Part shown: one piece after another, positions 12,640-24,844 of the stretch | Position numbering within the stretch: position 1 is the first letter of the stretch | Layout: each line of letters opens with the position of its first letter | Assembly: GCF_006345805.1 (NCBI RefSeq) | Contig: NC_042998.1 | Coordinates: 174,964,001-175,028,000, forward strand | DNA length: 64,000 bases | DNA from: Octopus sinensis | Taxonomy: Eukaryota | Direction: 5' to 3' | Notes under the pieces: model-generated | Told to the model about the DNA's origin: nothing | Databases searched by the model: none | Seen by the model: only the letters and a program-made list of their open reading frames with translations | Position numbers and translations under genes: made by a program

Positions 12640-12990
12640 TTCTTTCTTTTCTTTCTTTTACTTGTTTCAGTCATTTGACTGCGGCCATGCTGGAGCACCG
12701 CCTTTAGTCGAGCAAATCGACCCCGGGACTTATTCTTTGTAAGCCCAGTACTTATTCTATCAGGCTCTTTTTGCCGAACCGCTAAGTGACGGGGACGTAA
12801 ACACACCAGCATCGGTTGTCAAGTAATGCTAGGGGGACAAACACACACATATATATATATATACATATATACGACAGGCTTCTTTCAGTTTCTGTCTACC
12901 AAATCCACTCACAAGGCATTGGTCGGCCCGGGGCTATAGCAGAAGACACTTGCCCAAGATGCCACGCAGTGGGACTGAACCCGGAACCAT
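12640..12990 (-). mobile_element. CORE-like tRNA SINE, young copy, 5' end clipped
   Basis: Near-identical to 27040-27432, 46283-46678 and 63023-63422. Confidence 0.92.
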
Positions 12991-14210
12991 AATAAAAAAT
13001 AAACAATTCAGCAACAATTGGATAACACGTTGAATCAAATTAATGATATAACATGGAGATACAGGTTGCCAAAATTCATCAGTGAAAATCTGAAAAAAAT
13101 TTTGTCTTAAACTGGTATACTAGCATGGAAACTGGACATAATTTGTTGATGATGATGATGACTATGACAATGATTATGTTGATGATGATGATGGCTATTT
13201 GTTTAACAGCTGCATTTTTTTATGCTAGTATGGGTTGGATGAGGGGATGTATGTTAGATAGGCCTTTGAAAGTGCAAAGTAATTAGTCATAATGTCATCA
13301 AAGAATGACGTAAACATCATATCCCTATTTCCTTCAAGTGAAGCCATGAGATATCGACATTAACACACATTTCACTGCACACGCACACCTATGCCAGCGT
13401 GGAAGCTGGATATTAAAATATTGATGAAGATGATAACACATGCTTTAAGATTCCTATAGTCTCCATCTATATAATTCACTTCAACTATAGCTTGAATCTA
13501 TAGTAGAAGACACTTGTGCAAGGTGCTATGCAGTGGCGAGTGGGGTGAACCCAAAGGCACGTGGTTGTGAAGAAGACTTCTTAACCACACAACCATATTT
13601 CCGCCGACCAATTGCGTAGCCCTTGAGTTTCCAGCCTCCCACGCGCCGGGTCACCAGAGCCTAAACAATCTTATACTGTAGACCCAAAGGTGTCGCTCCC
13701 GTAAAAGCGTCGTCCGAGACGGACCGCCCTCTTCCTTAGCTATGCTACCGGTGCCTAAATATTATAGCACGGGCTTCCACACCAAATTTCACTCGCAACT
13801 TATTAGTTAACCTAAGGCCACATCAAAAGCTTTTGATCAGTACACCATGCATAGAAATCAAACTCAATACAACATGGTTGCAATGCAAACTTCTAAACCA
13901 TACAGCTACGATTGCACACATTATCGAACTACGTTAGAGATAAAGTAGATACAAAGATCGTTTAGAATAATTCCGCCCCACTTCTCGTTGATACTTCCAA
14001 AAATAAATGCCTGAATAGTTTGAACGAGTTCTAGCTGTCACTTAGTACTATGATATATGTAACTCTGGCAAGGAAGAAGTGGATTAAATATAGAGAATTT
14101 AGTTGACAGATGCTAAAGAACTTGTTATAAGAAACTGGAGTATAAATATAGCCTTGTTTTTATTTGTCATTACCATCATCCTAAATTATGCGTGTGCATA
14201 CATACATACA

Positions 14211-14214
<4 letters not shown>

Positions 14215-14297
<83 letters not shown>

Positions 14298-14508
14298 CAT
14301 ACGGAGAGAGAGAGAGAGAATGAAGAAGTAAGTGGTGAATTTGTGCGGGAAGAAAAAAATGAGACGCTGGAGATAATGTTAGACAACACAGAAGTGAGAG
14401 AAAGTAAGTCAAAGAGAGAGAGAGAGGAGAGACAGAGGGGGGAGAGACAGAGCGAGAGAGAGAGAGCGACGTAGGTGTAAAGAGAGAGGGAAACATAAGG
14501 AAAGTAAA

Positions 14509-14551
<43 letters not shown>

Positions 14552-14568
14552 AACACAAGGAAAGTAAA

Positions 14569-14613
<45 letters not shown>

Positions 14614-14991
14614 GGAGAAAAAGAAAGAGTAAGAAAGAAAATTAAAAGTTCAGAAAATTGATCATGTACACACACATTCAGAGAAAAAAGTTAGTGAAAG
14701 AAAGAATAAAATCCAGACAGAAAGTTTAATTTAGATACATATATAGACGGACAGATAGTCACACATATACGCATAGGATCTTGTATAATTTAGACACATA
14801 TATATAGACAGTCATACAGATTATAGTATGAATATATGTATATATAGAGAGAGAGAGAAAAAGAGAAATAAAGAAAGTGACAGGCAGACAGATAGAAAGC
14901 AACAGAGAAAGTGGATTGATCTATCTAGATATAGTATGTGTAGAGAATGATAGAAAAGAAAACTAATAGTGAAACATTTATTGAGATAGAC

Positions 14992-15054
<63 letters not shown>

Positions 15055-15315
15055 AAGATAGAGAGAGAGAAAGAGAGATAGATAGACAGAGAGATAGATA
15101 GACAGACAGAGAGAGAAAGAGAGATAGATAGACAGAGAAAGAGAGATAGATAGATAGACAGACAGATAAAGAGAGATAGATAGATAGACAGAGAGAGAGA
15201 GAAAGAAAGAGTGATAGATAGATAGATAGACAGACAGAGAAAGAGAGATAGATAGATAGACAGACAGACAGAGAAAGAGAGATAGATAGACAGACAGACA
15301 GAGAAAGAAAGAAAG
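14215..15315. repeat. Compound microsatellite field: (TA)n, (GA)n, (GT)n, (AGAT/AGAC)n
   Basis: Direct reading. It also contains a duplicated gagggaaacaYaaggaaagtaaatgtgtg unit at ~14485-14580. Confidence 0.97.
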
Positions 15316-15394
15316 AGAGCAGTTCCTTGTTAGCTGAAAACCATGCTTCTCTCGTTGTGACTGGCCTAATTGCACCAACTAAGCAATAGTGTTA

Positions 15395-15444
15395 CGGTGA
15401 CGTCACTATCATGGCAGCAACACCACTCTGGCTCGGAAGTGAAG
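15395..15444 (+). promoter_or_regulatory. Promoter-like site and candidate first exon (ATG 15411, MAATPLWLGSE, phase-1 donor)
   Basis: Palindromic GTGACGTCAC (CRE) at 15397-15406, YY1-like tcATGGCAGC, ETS-type CGGAAGTG at 15434-15441, strong donor AAG|GTAAGC at 15445. Located in a CpG-retaining region. Confidence 0.6.
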
Positions 15445-17902
15445 GTAAGCCTTTCACCAAAGTTTTTTCTCCTTTTTATATTTACAAAAAACTTTTATAC
15501 GAAAGAGCCGGTGAGATAGGATGCTACGTAACTCTTTTGCAGTCTCTTATGAATGGTTTCGATTTCTTTGAAGTAGGAAAATAGCGTTAGAAATCGATGT
15601 TGTCAAAAAGGAAAAAAAAAAAAAAAGAAAAATTCCTGTTGTTATTCTCAGGAATGTAAAGTTTTAAGTTATCACACGCATATATCATGGACTCATAACA
15701 AACACGCAGTCTTAGACACACTGTCACTAACATGCACTCGCCTTTAATAATAAGTTTCATCTGAATCATGTAATATGTCATCTGTTCTCTTCCGCCCTAA
15801 TCAAAGTTAGAATAGTTTCCCTTATAAAATTGCACTGGAATGATGTAACAGAACTCCAACACAACCATCTAAAGATGCGTTGTGTGTTTGGAGTGTCTCG
15901 TTAACTAATTCTCTTTATAATCAGTTTAACAGGTTGTTAATTTAAGATCCACTTTAGAATTTATATGAGACGGTAAAGTGGGAAAATCGTTTGATTTGTA
16001 TTAATATTATTTTTTGTTAGAAAAGGAAATATCAATAAATATGTCTATTAAGTTTGTCGAGAGGCATAGTAAAGAAAGAAAAACTAGCTAAGATTAATTT
16101 GTATTGGCATGCTAAAATAAAATTTAGGGGATTAAATTTCTAGACACTGAATCTCAGAAATCATTATTATTATTTCACATTAGTGTTACACACTTAGTAG
16201 GAAGCGTGAATGTCATAATTTGTCATTTACACGCTTCCCGAACAGCTTCATAAACTTTTACGCTAAGTTTGAAAACATTTCGATACACTTAGATTTATAA
16301 CAAATGAACAATTTTGCGATTGATGTAAAGAAAAAAACATAAAATCTTCTCAGCGTTTTCTTTTTCGCCTCAAGGGCAGCATAAAACACAGTAATATTGT
16401 TAAAGATTGTAATTACTCGTAAGATATTTTTCTGTTGCCATAAAAGCTCAAGAGAGATTAATAAACTTTTTACAAATGAAAATCAACTAAAATAAAAAGG
16501 GAAAATAGTTAAAACGATATGTTAAATATTTTTGCTACATAATTCAAGTGAGTGAAAATGTGTATATATCAATTTATAATGAATTAGGTTGATATTTATA
16601 AATTTTATTATACGTCATTACATATTCATTATAATCTGTTTATGAGGATAGTCAATTCAGAAAGATAATTGATAGTTTTAATGATTATTTTATTAACGTT
16701 AGAAGAGTATATTATATTATTAATATCCCACTAGTCGAAATGATGAAATTTGTTACAATCATCATTATTATTATTTAGTTGTAATACGACCGCGTGTTTG
16801 AAGATCTCTGTCAGAAATTAATTTTACTCAATAATTGACAGGTCTAAATATTAATGAAGAAACTTCTACTACTTCACGCAGTACACACTATATTCATTTG
16901 CGCTTTATATATGAATTCATAGATCCACACGACCACTTGAATCAGATGCTTCAATATTTGTGATAATTTCACATTAATATCAGTGTTTTACAAATAATTT
17001 TACTTTCTGAATTCAAATTCCGCTGAGGTCAACTTTGCCTTTCATCCTTTCGGGGTCGATACAATAAATACCAGTTTAGCAATGGGGTCGATGTAATTGA
17101 CTTGCCCTTTCCTCCGAAATTGTTGGTCTTGTACCAAAATTTGAAACCAATATTTTACAAAATATTTATAGTGAAGATGATAGGAATTACGTGACACTTG
17201 CGTCTTTCGCGATGACTTTAGTTAATTGACTTTTAGCAGGATTCGCAATAACTTGTGGATTCGATTCCGCTGAGACTAACTCTTATTGCATTTTTAGAAT
17301 ATAAAGTTCTTCCATACGTACAAAACTGAAAATTTGTCGTGGAAGATGGATCGATATACTCGAGGGGTTGTTTAATATATTGTTATTTATTGAAAGATGA
17401 ATTTACAAAATCATCAAGTGTTGAGCGTTGTAGAACAAGTACGCGACCGGCAAACGATGTGATTTCAGTCCGCTGGTGAATACACTGCTAATGCTCTCGG
17501 GATCGATACGAACATCTCCCCTTCACTTAAAAGCAGAACCTTTGGGCCTAGTCAAAAGGAAATTAGAATTACGAATCAACAACGCGATTACTTCGCAGAA
17601 TTGTTGGACATCAGATGCTCAACAATTAGCATATAGTATCATCCTTCGACATTCTTGAGTTCAACTTTAGGATAACTTCAATTGCATTCTTTCGGTGTTG
17701 ACTTTTTTTCTTTACTCGATAACATCCCAAACCACTTCTAGAAAAAAAGGGGTTAAGGGAAAAGTGGGAGTGGTTTTAATACCCTTGATAAAATCAAATT
17801 ATAGTACATTCACCCCAGCTGTATGTATTTTATGTGTGTGTATGTAGCATGGCCGCAATCAAATGACTAAACCAAAAGAATATATATGAATATATATGCA
17901 AC

Positions 17903-17946
<44 letters not shown>

Positions 17947-18464
17947 TAAAGTTGTCCTCGTGCTTCAGTAAGAAACAAAGTAATATTACAAACTATTCTA
18001 TGTAAAGTACATGAATTGGCTAACAGGTGAACCTAGATGAAAAGACTGTACCTCAGTTCTACATGCATCGAAATGCGGAAACTTTCGGGTTGAAAATACA
18101 TTGGTGTATTCATGTAAATGTAATTCACTCCTTTTCAATAAGAACATGTATAAACTACATTTAAATAATCTTTTTGATTACTCTACACCACCCCCACCAT
18201 CCCTTCCACTACTCGTGTGCATTATTAAATACAGACACACACACTCTCTCAGCTTCATACTCCCGCCTTCAGAAACCTGAGTAAACAATTGCATAAACCA
18301 ACAAACTTCGACTTACGATATAAGATGAATTTAAAAATTAAAGCGCATGCTCTTCATTATATTGTCTCGACCATCTACGTCTCGAGTTCAAATCCTATCG
18401 AAGTTGATTTCATCGCCTGGATACACATTCGGTCAAATTTGTGGTAGAATCATTAACACGCCGG

Positions 18465-18945
18465 TCAAAATTCTTAGCGGCATTTTTGCCCGTCTTTCCG
18501 TTCTGAGTTCAAATTCCGCCGAGGTCAACTTGATTTTTCATCATTTCGGGGGTCAGTGAAATGAGAAACCAGTTGAGCACCGAGATCAGTGTAATCGACT
18601 AACCCTCTGCCCCCAAATTTCAGGCCTTCCGTAAATAGCAGAAAGGATTGTTATTGTCACCCAGATTGTACTCTGATGTACACTTATTTGATTCTTGCAG
18701 TAAAACAAAGAAACCATTATTAATATTATGTTTGAGGCGGCGAGCTTGCAGAGTTGTTAGCACGCTAGACGAGGTGCTTAGCAGTATTTCGTCCGTCGCT
18801 GCGTTCTGAGTTCCGCCGAGGTCGACTTTGCCTTTCATCGTTTCTGGGTCAATAAAACAAGTACCAGTTAAACACTAGAGTCGATGTAATCGATTCATCC
18901 CCACCTCCCTCAAGCTACCCTTGTAGCAAAAATTTGAAATAATAA
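18465..18945 (+). mobile_element. Two tandem family-2 SINE copies (18465-18655, 18735-18945); further partial copies at ~17000-17150 and 18340-18460
   Basis: gttctgagttc(aaatt)ccgccgaggtc(a/g)act... motif and (ATT/AAT)n tails. Confidence 0.8.
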
Positions 18946-19003
18946 TAATAATAATTATTATTTTATTAGTTTATTTGCCAAAGTCCTCTCGTCACACATG
19001 CTA

Positions 19004-19125
19004 TGACCTCATCAGCAACTTTCTGTCCCACGTCTCCTCTTGTCCTGCCTGTTTCATTTTGTCAAATTCATGGAATAGGCATGACAAGAGGAGACACGTG
19101 GGACGGAAGGTCGTTGAAGAGGTCA
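19004..19125 (+). other. Long imperfect hairpin (~54-bp stem, 12-nt loop)
   Basis: tgacctcatcagcaactttctgtcccacgtctcctcttgtcctgcctgtttcat pairs with atggaataggcatgacaagaggagacacgtgggacggaaggtcgttgaagaggtca. Confidence 0.9.
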
Positions 19126-19323
19126 CAAATAAACTAATAATAATAATAATAATAATAGTAGTAGTAGTAGTAGTAATAAAGCTAAAGTGAAAATCAAATA
19201 ATGCATGTTTAATCAGCAAAAGATGACCATCCCTGAGTATAACAGTATTCTATGATGTTTATACATCAATTCTTCCCCGCTCTCTCTCTCTTGTACTCAT
19301 ACATGTATATTGTATTGGATTGA

Positions 19324-19809
19324 TCAGGGATCGTCAAAGGGGGTCCGAGGAACCCCTTAGGGGTCAGCGAGGAATTACAGGGGGTTGAATGGGGGTCGGC
19401 GTGCGAAAGACTAGCTCACCCAGATGAACTGTTTGAAATACTTAGCGCCATGCTCATACCTCACATTGATTTTTGTCAATTCCAATAAAAGATATTCCAG
19501 CAATATGATGCATTAATTTTTCACATTTTTTAACCGTGAAAACAATTTCATAAAAATAGAAAGTTTAATACTGTTTAATACTCTTACACATTGTTTTAGA
19601 TGTAAAAAGTGTGTCATCTTCAATAGAATTTCTTAATTTGTCGTACATGTGTATTTTAGCAAACATTTTAATTGCCAGCATCAGTATACGGTACGCATTT
19701 AAGATGTGGTACGGTAGGGTAGGGTATTAAGATATTTTAAATGATGAGGGTGGTCAATGTGGAAGGAAAAGTGGCTAAAGGAGGTCGAAAAAGCTTGGCG
19801 ACCACTGCC
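19324..19809. mobile_element. Probable hAT-type MITE remnant
   Basis: cagggatcgtcaaa...ggggtcc on the left and aaaagcttggcgaccactg on the right resemble hAT TIRs. No matching TSD found. Confidence 0.4.
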
Positions 19810-20344
19810 TTAGGCCTTCGTGACCTCTTAAATCGATATGATGTGAGTGTACGATTATGGGAGATCAGAAAAACGCAATAAATAAATAAATAATAATAAA
19901 TGAAAATAAAAAATAACGAACAAAAAACAACACTACCAACAATGTGTCGCGGGATTCTGAAGTTTATATAATTAGATACACTAACGAGACAAGTACGAAG
20001 AAAGCACACATACATTGCGTCAAAGAAGACACTCACCACTTCTCAACTACTCAACTATTTATCTAAAACAAATATCCGAAGTAGTTTCTTTTTTGTGCTC
20101 AGACTAAAAAAAAAAATGGCTTGAAACTTGGAGTGGGTTGATTATTTATATTTTACAGTTAACAACCACCACCACAAGCAACTCGATGTCGAAATGTTCA
20201 AATATTTGTGTTGTCTCTGTGACATAGCTTTTTCTTTTTCTTTCCAAAACAATCTATACACACAATATGTTTGTGTGTGTATATATTATACAAATACATG
20301 TGTATCATTTAATGTATGTATATGTATTTTTTTATACTAATGAA

Positions 20345-22050
20345 TTGGAGGATCATCCAAGATCGTTCCAGGCTCTCCTAGACTGTTATGATCGATGTTG
20401 GTTGATGTCAGTTTGAAATACCGAAGGACCTTGACGATAGGGAGAACATTTCAGATGGTTATTGATGGAGTAATTAGGAAAATGTTTACCATGGAGTTTG
20501 TAGGATGAGAAATTGGCGCATCGAGTGTGCCTGAAATGAAGTAGAATGCAATTAATTCAGATGAGCTGAGACTGCTGTGAGAGTATAAACAAATTGTGCA
20601 CCTGTGGGCAAGTGGACAATAATTTGTTGGTTAAAGTTCTTTTGTCTTCTTTTACGGAAATGGTCGAGGATGTTTGTGTAGCAGAAGTACTGACCTAGAT
20701 GCGTGAGTTCTCGAGATGTGTTCAGGTCCTCCAAATGATCCAGAATTAAGTATTTTTATTCTTTGAAAAGGAAACCTAGTGCTTGGAATGTCGGTTTGGA
20801 AATGTGTTAAGTTGCCACGGAAGATGAGAGGTTCTCATAGCAAACACAGTCGAAGGCATTGTTTTGATGTGTACGCCAATAATGTTGCTTCCGTCGAAAT
20901 CACTTGTGATGTAAGACAGCAAGTTCCTTTTGGATGTTAGTGGATGGAAGTTACATCGGCGGTCGTCATTGGAAAGAAAGAGAGAGAGAGTAATTTATCC
21001 TTTTTTCTATCACCTTTGAGATTTTGTTTATGATTTTAGTAGTTAGAGCCAGTGATTGACTTTTTCGGGTAATGGAACACTATTGCGTGTTTCCGTACAT
21101 TGGGATAGGTGGCCGTAAAGAAAATTTGAGCAATTTGTTGAGGAAGATAAAATCTAGCTCCAAAGAAAAAGAACAATATCAGGACCTGTTGCCTTGTTTG
21201 CTTGGAAGATAGAAGTTCCTGCACTGAGTAACTGTGTGTATGTCTTGGTGAGACAGGTGGAGAAGGAAAGATTGGGAAGTTTTGTTTTTTTTTAAAGCAA
21301 AAGAGGCAGCAGTAGGGTGGCTTTATCAGCAGGAGTGCTAATGGGGCCATCTTAGAGGAGTGACAAAGAGAAAGATTCTGCAAGGGGTATTGTATTATCG
21401 AGAGGCGAAAAAACTTATATGATCGCTTGAAAGTATCTTCTGCTTTTCTGATGGCTCTCTTATAGGCATTAATGGTCAAACTTAGTAAATCATGCCCAGC
21501 AAATAAATTATGTTAAAAGTTAAATGAGCGTGAGTTGCTTCATTTGTTATACACGCAGTCAGCTAGACTACACGACGATGGTCAACAACACCAATACACA
21601 TCTAACGTCACAATCCCACAACAACGTTTACATCTTCGCGACAGGCTCACATCGTAAAAGCAGCGATCAGATGATCCTATGATGGGACGGATGAGTGGTT
21701 GGAGAAAGGCTGAGTTTGGAGGTTCGAAAGAAGACTTGAATTGCGTCGCTCAGGAAGTTAACTTAATGTAGACAGTTAAGAATGGTAAACGATCCTGTTT
21801 CTGCGGTCAGCGCTGTCAGTGTGGATGGATGAGCAGGTGCTAAGAGGAATTGTGTGCTTTAGAATTGCTGAACTCTTAAAAAAAAGGGGGAGGTTAGATG
21901 AACTGTTGGTGGGATGGTTTCGAAGAGAGGTGTGTGATGAGAGCGGCTTCCAAGTACTTGCAGACACATTTCAAAGAAAGCTGAGGAAGAAGTGTCTACA
22001 TGGTAATTCAGTCTGCTAAAAGTAGCGACTACATTCCCTCAAATTACACT
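20345..22050 (-). mobile_element. Heavily decayed CR1/Jockey-group LINE (APE, RT with internal deletion, 3' end)
   Basis: Minus strand reads ...KHAIVFHYPKK....SNY (WK.A.V.P+PKKG...SNYRPI), AYK.AIRKAE..F, an APE-like PTH segment and a WNSLP/FK.+IN-like C-terminus. Many stops. Confidence 0.7.
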
Positions 22051-22094
22051 GTACCAGTCTTCGAAATATGAAAGAGGATAAATTAGACGTGTAT

Positions 22095-22103
22095 ATCTGT
22101 CTG

Positions 22104-22179
<76 letters not shown>

Positions 22180-22236
22180 CCTACCTACCTACCTACCTAC
22201 CTACCTATCTATCTATCTATCTATCTACCTATCTAC

Positions 22237-22275
<39 letters not shown>

Positions 22276-22350
22276 CCTATATCTCTCTCTATCTATCTAT
22301 CTACCTATATCTCTCTCTCTCTATCTATCTTACCTACCGATCTCTCTCTC
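22095..22350. repeat. (CTAT/CTAC)n microsatellite
   Basis: Direct reading. Confidence 0.97.
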
Positions 22351-23489
22351 TCTCCATATATATATATGTGTGTGTGTGTGTCAAGATAGTCACTGCTACA
22401 ACATACATACACACACACATATATATGCATACATAATACACACATCGCGCGTCTGTACATTTGTACGTTTTTGATATGAGTGCGTCAATTTGTATATGTT
22501 TAAGTTATATATACATGCAACTATACACGCCCCTCTCTTTCACTCTGTGTATGTGTGCGCGCATGCTATATTAAGTGAGCAGTAATATGACCAACTCAAT
22601 GTACATGTACGTAGGTGGATGTATTTGTATGTATGTATGTATGTGTATTTAATGTGATCATAAAGTTGGCCAGTCCACTGTACGAGTGTGTGTGTATACA
22701 ATGTAGTATTCAGAATGTGTGTGTGTATGTATAAATATATAGTAATGTTCAGAAAGTTAGGCAGACTGTCATTGAGAATGTGTGGGAGACTTAACTTATT
22801 ATCTCACAGGCTTTACTCCTGCACGTGATTCCACGCACACAATCTCACGTTAGTCTTCTTTCCCGTTCTCGTGCTCTATTATCCCCTTGTCTGATTTTTC
22901 TTCTACACTTTTTTTTTTTTTTGTTTTCTTTCTCTCTCTCTCTCTCAGTATCTTTAACCTTTTCTGATATTCTCTCATTCTGCGCCTGTCTATCTCGCCT
23001 TCTAGCTGTTTATCGTTTCCCCTCTTCTCGGTTTTCTCTTTCTCTTTCTCTACAGGGCTTATCTTTTAGCCCTCCTCCTCTCTCTCACTCCCTTTCATTT
23101 CTCACATCCTCTTACATTTTGTATTACATTTTCCAATCATGCCACCTTCCTCTCGTTTTGTTTCTCTCTCCTTTAATGCTGTCTCTCCCTATCTCATCAC
23201 TTTTTCTATTTATCTATCATTGCACCTCTTTTTCATTCTACCTCCACCTTCTCCTATTCATGTCTCTGTGTTTATAAACTTTTCGTGATTTCTCAGAGGA
23301 GCTTCTTGTCAACAAAGTTCTGCTACAGTTGACAATGAAAGGACGAGCAAGCAGACTTGCTCGTGCCGATTCTTTAACTTGTCTCTATGGGACAGCATGT
23401 CAGTTGCATACAGTTTCTAATCCCGCTTCCTTCATTTTCTTGGAATATTCTCTTCACAATGACAAGATCATAACAAACATGATCTGGAT

Positions 23490-23876
23490 TCCTGATGGAA
23501 GCACTCCGTCGGTTACGACGACGAGGGTTCCGGTTGATCCGATCAACGGAGCAGCCTGCTCGTGAAATTAACGTGTAAGTGGCTGAGCACTCCACAGACA
23601 CGTGTACCCTTAACGTAGTTCTCGGAGATATTCAGCGTGACACAGAGAGTGACAAGGCCGGCCCTTTGAAATACAGGTACAACAGAAACAGGAAGTAAGA
23701 GTGAGAGAAAGATGTGGTGAAAGAGTACAGCAGGGATCACCACCATCCCTGCCGGAGCCTCGTGGAGCTTTAGGTGTTTTCGCTCAATAAACACTCACAA
23801 CGCCCGGTCTGGGAATCGAAACCGCGATCCTACGACCGCGAGTCCACTGCCCTAACCACTGGGCCATTGCGCCTCC
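23490..23876 (-). mobile_element. tRNA-derived SINE family 3
   Basis: Reverse complement begins ggaggcgcaatggcccagtggttagggcagtggactcgcggtcgtaggatcgcggtttcgattcccagacc (tRNA-like A and B boxes), followed by a non-tRNA body. Confidence 0.88.
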
Positions 23877-24044
23877 TCTGGATTCCTATACACTATATAA
23901 ATCAGAAGCTGTGTCTGTCTTGGGTTATTGTAACGCTAAATGTAGAAGAGACAAATAATTCCTAGGTAGGACATCTTTTCTTGACTTTGCAGACACAGCA
24001 ACACTTTTCTTTTGCGTGTGTAACTTTCTTCAGAAACCTTTTCC

Positions 24045-24420
24045 GTGGCTGTGTGGTAAGAACCCTGCTTCCCAACCACATGGTTCCGGGATCAGTCCCA
24101 CTGCGTGACACCTCAAGCAAGTGTCTTCTAATATAGCCTCGTGCCGAACAAAGCCTTGTGAATGGATTTTGGTAGACGGAAACTAAAAGAAGCCCGTCGT
24201 ATATAGTCTTTTATTCTTTTACTTGTTTCAGTCATCTGACTGCGGCCATGCTGGAGCACCGCCTTAATGAGTTTTAGTCGAAGAAATTGACCCTAAGACT
24301 TATTCTTTGTAAGTTTAGTACTTATTCTGTTGGTCTCTTTTGCCGAACCGCTAAGTTTCGGGGACATAAACACACCAGCATCGGGTGTTAAGCGATGGCG
24401 GAGGGACAAACACACATACA
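24045..24420. mobile_element. Rearranged CORE-like SINE: 5' half on +, 3' half on -
   Basis: Head 24045-24205 in + orientation abuts a (taaaagaa) tail segment in - orientation. Confidence 0.8.
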
Positions 24421-24477
24421 CATACATACATATTTATATATACATTTTTATTCTCTCTCCATTTATTTCCTCATGTT

Positions 24478-24516
24478 CCTTTCTGTTGAAGAGCGTAGGC
24501 TCGAAACATAAAAGAC
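24478..24516 (+). ncRNA. Minimal hammerhead-like motif A (CTGTTGA core; GAAACAT lesion)
   Basis: cttt CTGTTGA a GAGC-gtag-GCTC GAAAC at a aaag. Confidence 0.6.
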
Positions 24517-24585
24517 TTTCTCACCTTCCCTAGCGTTAAACTAATACACCTGTCGTCTTTTGTTTTTCTGTAAATTTCAACTATG

Positions 24586-24627
<42 letters not shown>

Positions 24628-24692
24628 TGTGTGTGTGTGTATTGTTGGTGATTTTCTCCGTCTTCCCTTCCTTGGACCCTTCTTTTTTCTAT

Positions 24693-24727
24693 GTTTCTGA
24701 CGAAGAGCTCCGCTCGAAACGTTAAAT
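24693..24727 (+). ncRNA. Minimal Penelope-type hammerhead motif B, intact core
   Basis: gttt CTGACGA a GAGC-tcc-GCTC GAAAC GT t aaat: palindromic ACGT stem III and a 4-bp stem I. Confidence 0.75.
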
Positions 24728-24844
24728 CCTCCTTTCTTTCCTTTCCTGAGCGTCCAATAACACTATACTTGTTCCACATCCTCGTGTTGTGTTTTCTTTC
24801 TCTTTGTTCATGTGTAGATTACCTATATATATATATACATAGTT

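Noticed and set aside
13030-13110. Minus-strand IFTDEFWQPVSP segment resembling a CAMK-kinase C-lobe
   Set aside because: No convincing donor and no other kinase exons; likely chance.
20031-20200. Minus-strand GTGAGT donor suggesting a divergent first exon
   Set aside because: A single motif with no identifiable start or partner exon.
23790-23876. Possible tRNA gene
   Set aside because: The tRNA-like head lacks a proper acceptor-stem 3' end and continues into a SINE body.
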